A stretch of 64,000 nt of DNA, taken from positions 1,550,001-1,614,000 of the forward strand of contig CM102285.1 in the NCBI GenBank assembly GCA_046563655.1. Reading direction: 5' to 3'. A model generated the notes under the pieces. That model was given only the letters and a program-made list of their open reading frames with translations, made no database searches and was not told the origin of the DNA. The stretch comes from Yuukianura sp. NJ FZ-2021 (Eukaryota). The position numbers and the translations under genes are program-made. Positions 46,858 through 60,257 of this stretch are shown here, in pieces. The stretch's first letter is position 1. Every line of letters begins with the position of its first letter.

Positions 46858-48914
46858 TCATAGTTTTTTGCTTTCGTAGACGCTTTTAGTTCCACCGAAC
46901 TGCGTCGTAAGTTGGTCTGGTGCAATGAGTTTCAAAATTTCTGGTTGCCACTCTTCCTTGTTATACCCGTACACGAAATGGCGTTGTTTTGCTACTTCAG
47001 AAATTGTTTCACGCATCAGTTGGTACATATTTTCAAAAGCCTTTGGAACTGTCAGAATGATGAAAACATAAATTCGATTTTGAAAAAACGCTTTGTAGAA
47101 AGATTTTTTTTGTACAAAGTGAAATAATACAAACAACTCAGTTAACATGGAAACCCTTCTTTGTTCTAGTGCGAAGAACACCGAAGCTGATTTGAAATTT
47201 CAAAAAAAAAATTCACTTTGACAAAACAGAAGTTCTAACGTGATTTTGGTTACCGTTGATCATGAAGAATCGATGGTAAATGAGAGGATAGTGAATGTCT
47301 TGTACGTTGTGATACAACAGTTGTAGTGGAATGCCTACAAACAAAGAAACAAACATTACTAAACAATAATTTACACCTTTCAAAATTTCAAAATTTTGAA
47401 GAAAAAGCTAGAAATTTTTGTTTCTCACAGGCAAGACAAGCATGTTCTCTTATTGAAAATCCACTTATATCGGAAATCCCAATTGCATCTGTCAGGGAAC
47501 CCGTGAGCGTGAAGATTAATGAAGATCTCAAATGGCTAATTCCGTCTCAACTCAACAAATTAGAACATCTTCTTACTTTCTCTAAAATTTTCGGATACAA
47601 CATTCCGTACTTTCAACCCCTTATTTCAGAAGTACTTGAGTGCCTAAGCAACACCATGACCACAAGGAATGGCACTTACATCGCTGCCAGTAAATCCTTT
47701 CACCCACTCTCCTTCGCTGCAAAAGTGTCAAATATTATTTTGTCCCTACCAAGTGAACTCAGTACCATCGATTTTAAAAATCCTCTTTCTTGTAAAACTA
47801 AATCTGATCTTTTTAAGTTCTTTCTACATAGACAAACTGAATTAACAAATTCACAAATTGCTAATGAATTTGATGAATCCTTCTCTTGACTAAACTCACA
47901 ATTTTACCTTTTGTTTCCTCTTTTTAACAACATTATTGTCATTAATTTTAACCTTAAATTTAATTTTAATTTTAAACTCGCCTGATGAAGTGACTGAGGT
48001 GTAATTGCCTGTTTATACAGGGTACTTTCAGAATAAACAAACAAACAAACAAACAAACAAACACGTTCTCCGGTGCATCAGAGACCAATTTGTTCAATTT
48101 TTCAAAAACTTGGAAAGCGCGTTGCTCATATTTGGCTCCACCCAAACCACGCAGAATCAACTCTCGAGTTTTGCAAGTAGAAAAATCACTTGTAAATACT
48201 AAAATTTAAGAGAAAATTACTTTTTTTTTTTTTGGTGGATAATTGAAAGAGGAAATTTTTTCGAACAAAAATCCTACGTAAATTATAGTATGAATAACTC
48301 ATAGAGATCTTTTTTATATTTCACATTTTTTTTAAAGAAGCTTACCTGGTCGTCCTTGCTTATCCCGTCCATCCATTGCAGCCTTGCAAAATCTTTTGAA
48401 TTCTGGATTGCCCTCAGGCGGAATTGCATCAACGTTGTGCTCTTTACGGAGTTTGAGAGCCTTCAAATTTTTCACAACAATCAAAAAACTCGCAAAATTT
48501 GATATTTTTTGAACATTTGAGCTGCGAACTACTAGTTTAGATTCAAAAAAAATTACCGAGCTTAACTTTCTCTTAGCTTCTTGTAAATTCATATTGTCAT
48601 TTCTCAGCCATCGTATCAAGTATTTGTCTTTCGTCATGAAATCACGGTACAGTAGCGGCTGCATCAAATTTCGAAACTGCATAAAATAAAACGTAACAAA
48701 AACGTAAAACTACATAATATACGTACTACAAAAATATAAAATTTTATAAAAACATTGACGGAACGCTACTAGTTTCATTTTGTTAAAAAATCATTTTTAA
48801 ACTTACTATTTTCAAACTCTGTTTTTCAGAAGCCGTATAGCCGCACACTGCACTTTTGGCGAAGAGCTCCAAAATCCAAAATGTTGCAAAAACTTGGAAA
48901 ATTTTGAGCTCCAT
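46858..48914 (-). CDS. SEC14-like CRAL-TRIO protein copy 1 (6 exons; exon 4 interrupted by a retro-insertion, possibly a pseudogene)
   Basis: DKYLIRWLR, DGRDKQGRP, DISGFSIREHAC, HYPLIYHRFFMIN, APDQLTTQFGGT. Confidence 0.8.
47495..48063 (+). mobile_element. 5'-truncated non-LTR retroelement fragment (CR1/L2-like 3' end) inside a SEC14 exon
   Basis: Absent from the paralogs (gcatctgtc-acgttctcc is contiguous at 50572-50589). It has an open frame to a stop at 47889, an AT-rich 3' UTR, AATAAA and a (CAAA)6 tail, with only a 2-bp CA duplication. Confidence 0.78.
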
Positions 48915-49981
48915 TTTAATGCCTTGATCTTCCCTCAAACATAAGAGTTAACTAGCCAAAATTTGTTTCCTCTTGTTTCTTCTTCAAAGAAATAAAATTC
49001 AGAAAAAAATTCCTTCCAATTTTCTCACGTTGGAAACCGTAGTTGAAATGAAAATTAGGAATGTTAATCTTTCCCCCTACTTTTGCTTGTTTTTGTGACG
49101 CCTTGTGCTTGCATTAACTTCTTCGCTCTTGCAAAATCCTTTCAGCCAAAAAGCAGTTTTAAAAACAAGTTTAAGCTAGATTAGTTGCACCTACCAATTA
49201 GGTTAGGTTTTAATTGATATAACTATAATACAAATATATGTTTTTAGATGTTCAGGACAAGTATTGTTTTCCCACTGTAGTATTCCACGTTTCCTTAATC
49301 AGTATAAATAATGCGCAGGTTAACTTCGCTAAAATTTGAACCTGACGTAGGTTCGGGCAGCAATTAAGTTTCACAGGTTTGGTTGATTGTGTTTTTGTTT
49401 TAGTTTACTTAAGTCTGGTTTATTCAATCCCTGAAACTTTTCATATTTTCTGTACAGGAGCAGAATAATTTTTAGTCGTCTAAGCAATTCTTGAACCCCA
49501 CATAATGACATATTAAAAGCATTTAATAACAAAAAATGTTACGCTCTTAGTTAAGCAAAGTAAACAGATTTTTTGGTATAAAACAAAAGCACAGTTTTTT
49601 ATTTGTTGGGAAACAACTTGCGTTTTACAGTTGCAAGCAAACAGACAGAGTGAGCCAAAGCATAAAGTGTTTTCGAGTCAACTAAAAAAATAATAAACCG
49701 GTCGTAAACCGGAGTGTACAAAAGTATCGAAAGATTAAACTGCATTCGTAAACGGATGCTCACACCGGCTCATAATTCTGAACCATAGTGCACAATTAAT
49801 AAACAAAACGGTCAAAACAGAGTTGACCTTTGACATTTTCCTGATTTTGAAGTTGTTTTTTATGTGTTTAACATCAGCAATTTTATTCAAAACCACACAA
49901 CAAACATGCCACTAGAGAAGTTCGATGTGAAAACTTCTTTTTTTTTAACTTTCTTGTAAACTAAAACTTTGAACTGAAAAA

Positions 49982-51336
49982 TCATGGTTTTTTATTTGTG
50001 TAAACACTTTTGGTTCCACCAAACTGCGTAGTAAGTTGGTCTGGTGCAATGAGTTTCAAAATTTCTGGTTGCCATTCTTCCTTGTTATATCCGTACACGA
50101 AAAGCCGTTGCTTTGATACTTCAGAAACTTTTTCACGGATCAGTTGGTACATGTTTTCAAAAGCTTTTGGAACTGCAAAAACAAAAATTACAAATTCAAA
50201 AGCATCCTTTTTCAAAAAAAAAAATTAGACCAAAGTAAGCTCAGCTAACATCAAAACGCTTCGTTGAACTAGAGCTATCTAGGCTGCTTTTAATTTGAAA
50301 TTCCTAAAAACTTTGACTTTGCCACAAACAATTTTTTTTTAACGTGAACTGTTACCGTTGATCATGAAGAATCGATGGTAAATGAGAGGATAATGAATGT
50401 CTTGCAAGCTGTAATACAACATTTGTAGTGGAATGCCTAGAAACAAACATTACTAAGCAAATTAACAGTTTCAAAATTTCGAAACCTTGAAAAAGAAAAT
50501 TGAAATTTTTCTCACATGCAAGACAAGCGTGTTCTCTGATTGAAAATCCACTCAAATCGGAAATCGCAATTGCATCTGTCACGTTCTCCGGTGCATCAGA
50601 GACCAATTTGTTCAATTGTTCAAAAACTTGAAAAGCGCGTTGCTCAAATTTGACCCCTCCCAAACCACGTATAATCAACTCGCGTGTTCGACAAGTAGAT
50701 AAATCACTTGTAAATACTAAAAATATAAGAAATAAAAGTGACATTTTTATAATGCAAAAAATGTTTTAAAAATCAAACTCACTTGGCCGTCCTTGTTTAT
50801 CTAGTCCATCCATTGCTTTGCTACAAAATCTTTTGAATTCTGGATAGTCCTCAAGCGGAATTGAGTCAATTTTGTGCTTTTTGCGGAAGTTGAGAGACTT
50901 AAAATTTTCAAAACAATCAAATGATACAAAGTTTAATATTTTTTTTAACATTTGAGCTGAATACTACCAGTTTGGATGCAAAAATTACCGAGTTTAACTT
51001 TCTTTGAGCTTCTTGTAAGTTCATTTTGTCATTTCGCAGCCATCGGATCAAGTATTTGTCTTTCGTCATGAACTCACGGTACAATTGTGGCTGCATCAAA
51101 TTTCGAAACTACATAAAAAAAACGTAACAAATGTAAAGTACATAAAATACTGTAAAAAATAAAATGTTATCAAATATTGACGAAAAAAAAATATCTTCAC
51201 TTTATTAAAAAATCAATTTTCGACTCACTTTTTTCAAACTCTGTTTTTCAGAAGCCGTGTAGCCAAACACTGCACTTTTAGCAAAAAACTCCAAAGCCCA
51301 AATTGTTGCAAGAAGTTGGAAAATTTTGAGCTCCAT
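49982..51336 (-). CDS. SEC14-like CRAL-TRIO protein copy 2 (6 exons)
   Basis: Same exon set and motifs as copy 1. Part of a tandem duplication of about 2.42 kb that includes intergenic DNA (49070-49980 resembles 51480-52400). Confidence 0.87.
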
Positions 51337-52404
51337 TTTATTGCCTTTGGTCTTCCCTCAAACAGGAAAAGTAACTACACCAAACTTTTTTATTCTTCAA
51401 ATGCCAGTTAAGAAATAAAATTCAAAAAAAATCCTGCCAATTTACTTACGTTTAAAAATAATTAGCAATGATTTTAATTTTTACCTCTACTTTTGCTTGT
51501 TTTTGTGACGCCTTGTGCTTGCATCAACTTCTTCGCTCTTGCAAAATTCTATCAGCCAAAAAGCAGTATTAAAAACAAGTTTAAGTTTAGCTTAGATGTA
51601 CCTTCCAATTAGGTTAGGTTTAGTAGTCATTAATTGATATAACCATAATACAAATATATGTTTTTAGATGGTCAGGACAAGTCCTGTTTTCCTACCGTCG
51701 TATTCCACCTTTCCATAATCAGTATAAATAGTGTGCAGGTTTAGTATTTCGCTAAAATTTAAATCTGACGTAGGTTCGGGCAGTAATTAAGTTTCACAGG
51801 TTTGGATTATTGTGTTTTTTGTTTTAGTTTACTTAAGTCTGGTTTATTCAATCCCTGAAACTTTTCAGATTTTCTATACAGGAGCAGAATAATTTTTATT
51901 CGTCTAAGCAATTCTTGAACCCCAAATAATGAAATATTAAAAGCATTTAATAACAAAAAATGTTACGCTCGTAGTTATGCAACGTAAACAGATTTTTTGC
52001 TATAAAAGTACACTTTTTTATTTGTTGGGAAACAACTTGCGTTGCACAGTTGCAAACAGACAGACAGAGTGAGCCAAAGCATAAAGTATTTTCTAGTCAA
52101 CTAAAACAAGATACAGCGGTGGTAAACTGGGGTGTACAAAAGTAGCGAAAGATTTGGCTGCACTTTCGGACGGATGCTCATACCGGCTCATCTCATCATC
52201 GTGAACCATACTGCACAATTAGTAAATAAAACGATCAACAAAAAGTTGGCCTTTGACATTTTCCTGATCTTCAAGTTAATTGTTTTTTTATTATATTTAA
52301 AATCAATAATTTTATTCAAAAAAAAAACATACCAGTTAGAGAAAATTCGAAGTGAATTTTTTTTAACTTTCTTGTAAACTAAAATTTCGAACTGGTAATC
52401 GAAA

Positions 52405-53765
52405 TCATGGTTTTTTATTTGTGTAAACACTTTTGGTTCCACCAAACTGCGTTGTAAGTTGGTCTGGTGCAATGAGTTTCAAAATTTCTGGTTGCCACTC
52501 TTCCTTGTTGAATCCGTATACGACATGACGTTGTTTTGCTGCTTCAGAAACTGTTTCACGGATTAGTTGATGTATGTTTTCAAAAGCTTTTGGAACTGTC
52601 AAAGTTTCGAAAACAAAAATTAGACTTTCAAAAAAAAACTTACAAAATTTTTTAGAACAAAGTCAAATCAAAAGCCAGGTTGACTAACACCAAAACCCCT
52701 CATTTTACTAGATCGAAGAAAGCAGACCGAAATTTGAAATTTTCAAAAACTTTCACTTTCACAAAAAAAAATGACATTATTTTGTTACCATTAACCATGA
52801 AGAAACGATGGTAAATGAGAGGATAGTGAGTGTCTTGTACGGTGTGATACAACATTTGTAGTGGAATGCCTATACAAACAAACAATACTCAACAAAGTAA
52901 CAATTTCCAAATTTCAAAATTTTGAAAAAAAATGAAATTTTTGTTTCGCACATGCAAGACAAGCGTTTTCTCTTAGTGAAAATCCACTCATATCGGCTAT
53001 CCCAATGGCATCTGTGACGTTCTCCGGTGCATCAGAAACCAATTTGTTCAATTGTTCGAAAACTTGAAAAGCGCGTTGCTCAAATTTAACACCTCCCAAA
53101 CCACGCATAATCAACTCTCGTGTTTTGCAAGTAGCAGAATTAATTGTAATTACTAAAAATACATAAAATAACAGTAAAGTTTCCATTATGCGAAAAATGT
53201 TTTAAGAAAATCAAACTAACTTGGCCGTCCTTGTTTATCCCGTCCATCCATTGCATTTTTACAAAATCTTTTGAATTCTGGATAGTCTTCAAGCGGAATT
53301 GAATCAATTTTGTGCTCTTTGCGGAAGTTGAGAGACTTCAAATTTTTCAAAACAATCAAAAGACTCACAAGATTTGATATTTTTTAACATTTGAGCTAAA
53401 TACTATTACCAGTTTGGATGCAAAAAAAAATTACCGAGCTTAACTTTTTCTGAGCTTCTTGTAAATTCATATTGTCATTCCTCAGCCACCGGATCAAATA
53501 TTTGTCCTTCGTCATGAAGTCGCGGTACAGTTGCGGCTGCATCAAATTTCGGAACTACACAAAATGATATACACAATGTATATATTATTATGTAAAAATT
53601 ATGTTTTAAAAACATTTATACAAAATTGTAAATGTAAACCTAAAAAAAATCACATACCTTTTTCAAATTCTGTTTTTCAGAAGCCGTGTAGCCGAGTCCT
53701 ACGTTTTTTGTAAAAAGTTCCAAAATCCAAATTGTTGCAAAAATTGTGCAAATTTTGAACTCCAT
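52405..53765 (-). CDS. SEC14-like CRAL-TRIO protein copy 3 (6 exons)
   Basis: Same exon set and motifs (DKYLIRWLR, DGRDKQGRP, HYPLIYHRFFMVN, QFGGTK). Confidence 0.87.
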
Positions 53766-54062
53766 TTCTGTTTCTTTGATTTCCCACAAATACGAAAAGC
53801 AACTAAACAAAATTCGGTTCTTCAACAACTATTACTTAAACAATTAAATTAAAAAAAAGTGGAAGCTTCGAACTTTCCCACGTGAAAAAATAATTAAAAT
53901 GATTTTAATCTTTCTGCCTACCAAAACCAAAAATTGAAAACATGGAGGGGAAGAAGTACCAAAAAAAACTTCTTCTTTTGACAAATTTTATAACAAACCA
54001 ATAAGTTACTTTTGCTGTATAATATAACGTGTTTGGAAAGCATTATAAAATGCATGACTATT

Positions 54063-55982
54063 TCAAAGAAGAAGAGGATCGGTTTCCTCAATATTTACAT
54101 TGCGCAGCTTCTTCTTAACAATACAGACAAGCAACATCGAAATCTGAAATAACAGGTTTTGATTTTTAGTAGTTTTAATTGCTTTGAAAATATAACTATT
54201 CAACTTCTAAATTTTCAAAATTCTTACCAAACATAAGTGAACACCAAGTGGAAAAAGAGATGCAATCGAAAACCCAAAATTTTCAAATAAAAAACCCGCC
54301 GTTCCAGCACTGATTCCTTCGCCCAACGAAGTTCCGCATAGCAAAACAGTAGAAATGAAACTGATTTGGACAAGGTTGACAGGATAGTTGTACTTTCTAG
54401 CATAAAATATTATAATTACTTTTTAAAATATACTTAAAATAAAGACTGAGCTTACGTGACTTCGTTCCTCAAACTTGCCAAGCTACCAACTGCCACTGCG
54501 CCTTGCGCTAACCCGAAGAGTATTAGCCCAACGACAGTTAGGCTATAGGTTCTAAAAGAAAAAGTTAGGTTTTGAGGACTTACTCACTTAACTTAACGAG
54601 GTTATGTCTCAAAAGTTGAGGTCAAAGGTCACTTACGGCTGGATTTCTGAGAGGGGTCCAATCATGCCCAATGCTAAAACCATCAGAATGCTGCTGCATC
54701 CTAGAAATAGATCTGGACGCTTCATTTTGTCTAACAGAGCTCCCCATACTGGAGCGCATAGTTGCAGAATTGCAGTGTAAAAGAAGGTCAAACCAACTTG
54801 AATTTGGGTTAGTCGAAACTAAAATGGAAAAATTTCATTTTTGAAAACATTCAATTTCAAAAATTTTCTACACTTTAGCAAAAAACTTGAGTTTAGTTGT
54901 ACATGTCGAATGCCAGGTTCGAGAACGGCTGATAAGAAATCAGGTCCAACGCCAGCAGCAAAACAAGCAAAAATGAAAACAAGAATTGTGGGATTTTGCC
55001 GCAAAATTTTGAAGTATGGTTTGATCAAATGGAGAGATTTCGAGGGTGTTGGGGCTAGTGTGGATTTTGAAAATTCCAGAGAATTTTCACACGAAATTTT
55101 TAACCCAACAGCAAGTTGGATTAAGCCAAACAGGAAAAATGGAGCTGGAAATCCAAGTTGAGAGGCAAGTAATGTTCCGAATAGAGGCCCGAGTGAAAGT
55201 CCGAGCAAGTCCGAAGTAACAGCGAGTCCCTTAAAACAAAACAAAAATCAAGTTTAGTAAAAGTTAACCATACATTAGGTTTATATCAGCTTCTGCTTCA
55301 ATATACTTCAGGTTACATTTGCCATGGCAACCGTTGGTCTAACTACTGGAATGATGCTGTAGATTGAAAATTGAATTGCAACTGAAGAAATTCCTTCGAG
55401 GCCTCGCAGTACAAATGAAAGAGTTGTAAATAGACCGTAATCCAGAACATAACCTAAACTCCTGAACAAAGAAATTTGAAATATTTATAAATAAATTTTT
55501 CAATTTTAGTTTCATTTTAATATTTTCAAAATTTGATTCTGCTTGCCCAAAAAGTATAGCTGTAATTCCGTCTAGTATTAATCCAAATGCAAGTAGTCTC
55601 TGCATGTTGAATCTCTCTGCCTAAATTCAGAAATTTCCTTCATAAATTGGAAAACAGTTTTACCGCTATGTTTTTTAGACTTACGTTTATGCCAACAAGA
55701 ACACTTGAAATTGCAAGCACGACGCGATAAAAGCTCATGACCAAACCGTACATTGTGGGGCGCATGCCTTTTTCCTCTGCCTAACAAAATTAAAAACCTT
55801 AAAAAAATAATCTCAAAAGAACTAAAAACGTTTTTTTTTAAACTTTTTTTCAAAATTATGACAGAAAAAAAGCAAAATAGAATTACCTCGGGCGGGTACA
55901 GCGGCCCTTGTAGAGAAGTTAACAAATTTTGAAGGAAGTTTCCGAGTAGAAGAGACACAAATAGCCACCGTCTCTGCTCCAT
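54063..55982 (-). CDS. SLC18B1-like MFS transporter, paralog of 43756-46629
   Basis: LQGPLYPPE|AEEKG, GLSLGPLFG...GFPAPFFLFG, DFLSAVLEPGIR, with exon boundaries similar to the paralog. Ends EETDPLLL*. Confidence 0.82.
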
Positions 55983-56948
55983 CTTTACCCGCCAATATTT
56001 CAAATATTTTTACACTATTAAGATTTATGTCTATTTTGCATTATAATCCAAAACAGAACTGAATTTGAAATTTTATGAAATTGAACCACAAAAAGTCCAA
56101 AACTTCATTTCTGACTTGTCATCGCAGGCTGTACTGATTGAAACACAGACGAAGTGTGACAAAATGAATCAAGCAGTCATTCATGCAGCAACATTACCAA
56201 ATGCCTTAAAGCCATCCACGATGCAAACTGAAACCGGTTGCTTCCTTCTTTCTTCATAAAAATCATTTTGGTTGAACATGGAATCCCATAAGCTGAGTTT
56301 GGTATGCAACAACTCTGTTTGCCAGAAAATTCCTAAACAACCAAACCTATACAGACTTCCATAAAGATTTAAATTGAAACACGTCAGACGAACATATTCT
56401 TACTTTTATGAAGCTGCACTTGAACAGTCTGATTTGTAACTTTCATAACTTTAAGTTTCCCACCTTTTTTTCAGCTTGGACTAAACATGATGATGTTTGT
56501 TAAGCTTACGGACTTGCTGACGTTTACGGTTATCATCAAAATAAATAACTTGCTTGGCCAGTTCCGTCTTCATTCTGTGCAGGTTCAAATCTTGAATGCA
56601 GCGGTTCTCTAGAAAACGTTTTGCGTAACAAAAAAAATGACAGTGGAAAAGAACACAATTCGCAGAAAAGTGCATGGACGTTGCCAAAATGTATTTATTA
56701 CCATGTTCAAACTTTGATGCAAAAAATGCCCAATGAACTTTTGGTTAAAGACAAGAACTTAAAATTGAGTCCTTGAAGCTCAAAGAATTATAAGACAATT
56801 CAAAAAACCTGTTCTGCGACAATTCTCACCACAAGAATGAATTTTAATTTCACTCGCGTAGGATTGGCTCGGTTCTTCTGCTTTTAGTTTTACTAATATC
56901 ACGGTCAAGTTTAGAAATAAAATTTCGTTCAAAAGACATTTTTGAACC

Positions 56949-59653
56949 ATGAAGAGACACAAATATTTCATAATTTTGGTTGCTGCAATTGTGATTGGGT
57001 AAGATAAAAAGGAAACTGTTGTTGCAAAACCGATTTCTTCAAGTTCGGTTTTTTTCTCAATTATGTGAAACTGATAGCGTTAATTTTTTTTATTTAGCAT
57101 TATAAATTTGTGCATATTTTTATTGAAACATTTCTGTTTTTGTAATTTGTGATTTCATTAAACAATTTTGTTCTACAGTAGAGTACTAAAGGGTGCCAAA
57201 TCACAAGATATTGTTCCAGAAGTCGAAATTGAGGCAAATACCGAATCCATTACGGACAAAACCACGAGTTTTGCAAAACTCGGAAATTTTAAAATCAGCA
57301 AAGATGTCGAAGCAAATTGTGCAACAAGAAATAAATTTGTTGAAGTTTTTCAGCTTCCTCCAAATTATCACAAGCACGAGTTTCCTACTGCCCGTAAGTT
57401 GCATCTTTTGAATTTACATTTTAAAAAAATTAAACAAAAATTATTTTTTTTGTCGAATTCAAAAGTTAAGTTAAACCTGAATTGGTTTGCAGGCAATACG
57501 AAAAAAAACTGCAGTTTTGAAAAAATACCAATTTGGGTTAGCCTAAGGATCAGAAATATTCGCGGTATTGATGATTTGAACGAGGTAGTAACTTTGAATA
57601 GATTTAATGTGAAATTGAATATTTGAATTATATATTGAAAATTGAATTTTTTAAATTTTTATGTAAATCCTTAACTGATTAGGAACTTAAAATGGAGTTG
57701 GATTTAATTACGATTTGGAAAGACTTTGTTTTGGAGGATATGCTGGGAAATTTAAATGAAAGTGACATTGATGCTGCGCGTGGAACAAATTTCATTTCTT
57801 TGGAATCCAGTTTTATTGACCAACTTTGGTTGCCGGACATAATTTTCAGTACACAAACTTTTGTTTTAGTTTAATTCTATTTTATCAAATAATTTTTTGA
57901 AGTGAATTTAATTTTGTACTTTTCCTTAAGACAAGGCCATTTCTATCACAAAACCAGCAGTACATTCGTCCCGAATCAATCACAAACCATCGCGACTCAG
58001 AATTTGGCCTGGCGGTGAGGTTCAACTGTATTCGCGGTAAATCGTTTTGTATTTTTAAAATTCATTATTCATATTGTATTTTTAAAATTCATTATTCATA
58101 TTGTATTTTCAAAATTCATTATTCAAAATCCATAAATTTTTTTTAATAAAAGAGTTTAAAAGTTTTAAAAACATAGATAATTTAAAAAGAAAAAAAATTT
58201 TTACTTCATAGTTTACTGGTAACTCTGTATTGCCCAATGGACTTTACCTATTTCCCAGCAGATACTCAAACCTGCAACATCAATCTCAGGAGTTGTATGA
58301 GCACATAAAAGCTAAATTTTTGAAATTTTTGTAATGTTCATATTAATAATATAATTTATTTGAACTGTTTATGATTTAGACTCGTTCTCCAACGATGATA
58401 TTCATCTTTTGTGGCAAACAGTTCCAAAACAAAATGGTACACTCTACAGTGAAGACACTTATAATGAAGGGAAAGCTGCAGGAAAATATGAAGTAAGGAT
58501 TTACTTTCACCGTTAACTAATTTAAGAATAAGTTTAAGTATAGGATACAATGGTTCGCATGTTCCTTGCTTCAACTTAGGTTCCAAACAGAGATGATGAA
58601 AGAAGGCCGCTTGTATTTTTGTATGGCCGAAGCCATCCCAACTACCGGATTTACTTACACAGTATTGACACTGAAAATAGAACTGAAAAAGATGCCGACG
58701 ACAACGGTAAAACTACAAAAAAGATGTCATCCACTCACAAAATTAACAAATCATTACCATTTTTATATTTCTATGTAATATGTTGTGCGTTTGATATATA
58801 TTCAAATTGTATTATTATTGTAGATGAATACTTCACTTTGTTAAGATTCAAGATCTCCGTTAAAAGAAAGTTGACATTCCACATGACCCAGACGTTCACT
58901 CCCATTCTCTTTCTGGTACTCATCACGTGGCTCACGTTCCTCATTCCCCTTAGCAACCTGGAAGCTCGCATAGGTGTTGTCATGACAACACTTCTAACCA
59001 TGACAAACAAATTTTCAGAAGTCAGGTAAAACAATTTTTCTTGTCGCAAACCTTCCTATCAACAAAATTTAAGATTGCGAGAACTCATTTTTGTTTTTGC
59101 CTACTAGAACGTACACTCCAAACGTGAGCTACAGTAAGTTTCAACTAGTATAAGCAATCTAACTAGCAACCTAACTTAATTTAGCGTAATGTTTTGTAGT
59201 TGTAGTTGACCTTTGACCTTCTAAAAATTTTCAGTAAGTGCAATGGACATCTATATGCTGGTTAGCATCTCGATGGTGTTCATAACATTGCTTGAGTTTA
59301 CATTCTTGTACTGGGTGAGACTCGGGCGATCCGAATACTACCAGAGCAGAATGTCTCTAAAACCGAAATTGCCGCGCAAATCACGGGTACGTTCAAAGTA
59401 CAACTATGAATTTCGGCCAACTTGAACTTTTGTGACTAAAAACCTATTTGAACAGGGGAATCCAGAGTTGGACAGAGAAACATCTATGATTGAAGATCGG
59501 TTCTACTGGGAAGTACGCAACTATGTTGAAGTTTATGGATTTTTGTTTACTGTGATTGGCTACACGCTGTTCAACGTCTTTTTCTGGCCCTGGATTTTCC
59601 TAAGCTCAAACTATTTTTACGAAAATGTGGATCCTCACCACAATTCAGTCTAA
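56949..59653 (+). CDS. Divergent Cys-loop ligand-gated channel subunit (GluCl/GlyR/pHCl-like branch)
   Basis: Signal peptide, LPPNYHKHEFP, LWLPDIIF, Cys-loop CPMDFTYFPADTQTC, M1 TFTPILFLVLITWLTF, M2 EARIGVVMTTLLTM, M3 AMDIYMLVS...LLEF, and M4 YTLFNVFFW. Confidence 0.88.
58047..58125 (+). repeat. 3 x 27-bp intronic tandem repeat
   Basis: ttgtatttttaaaattcattattcata at 58047, 58074 and 58101 (third copy degenerate). Confidence 0.8.
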
Positions 59654-60257
59654 CGACATCAAGAAAAAATTTTTGGCGTAGACTAAAATATGGAATGCAA
59701 TTTTATGCAAGTTTGAGCTACATATCATACAAGGCCAATTGTAGCGTAAACAGAGAAATCTAGTTCGAAACTTAACAATTCTTACAGTTAATATAATTTT
59801 GCTTCAATATATTTTAAAAATTGTCCTTGAGTTGAAATAAATGCCTCTGCTAAATTTTCTGGAGTCACTTTATCTTATACACAACAAACGTTGGCCTTGG
59901 TCATACTTGAAATTTAAAACAAACAAATTTTCCTTGGAAAATTGAATGAGGTTAGGCAATTTTTGTTTTGTTTTTTTTGCGACATAGATGTTGTTTAGTT
60001 TCAAAAAGCTTTTGATTAGCATAAATTTTTCCTGCCGCTTCTACTTAAGTTAAGAGTTGAGGTCAAATCTGATTCTGCTAAGGTCAAACTGTTTGACTTG
60101 TTGACGTGCAGAATTAGATTTTTATTTATCCCAAGTTCACAGATTATTATATAATAAGCATTCGGATACAAATTTAACTCAGTTGCTGCTTGATTCACTT
60201 AGTCCAAAGTTAGAGAAAAAAAAATTGTTAAACGTGCTTGCTTTGTTTTGTTTTAAA

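Noticed and set aside
47326-47889. 187-aa ORF as an independent gene
   Set aside because: It is a chimera of antisense SEC14 sequence and the retroelement C-terminal frame.
47978-48035. Hammerhead ribozyme / Penelope element (cctgatga)
   Set aside because: No GAAA core after a stem II and no GIY-YIG or pseudo-LTR evidence.
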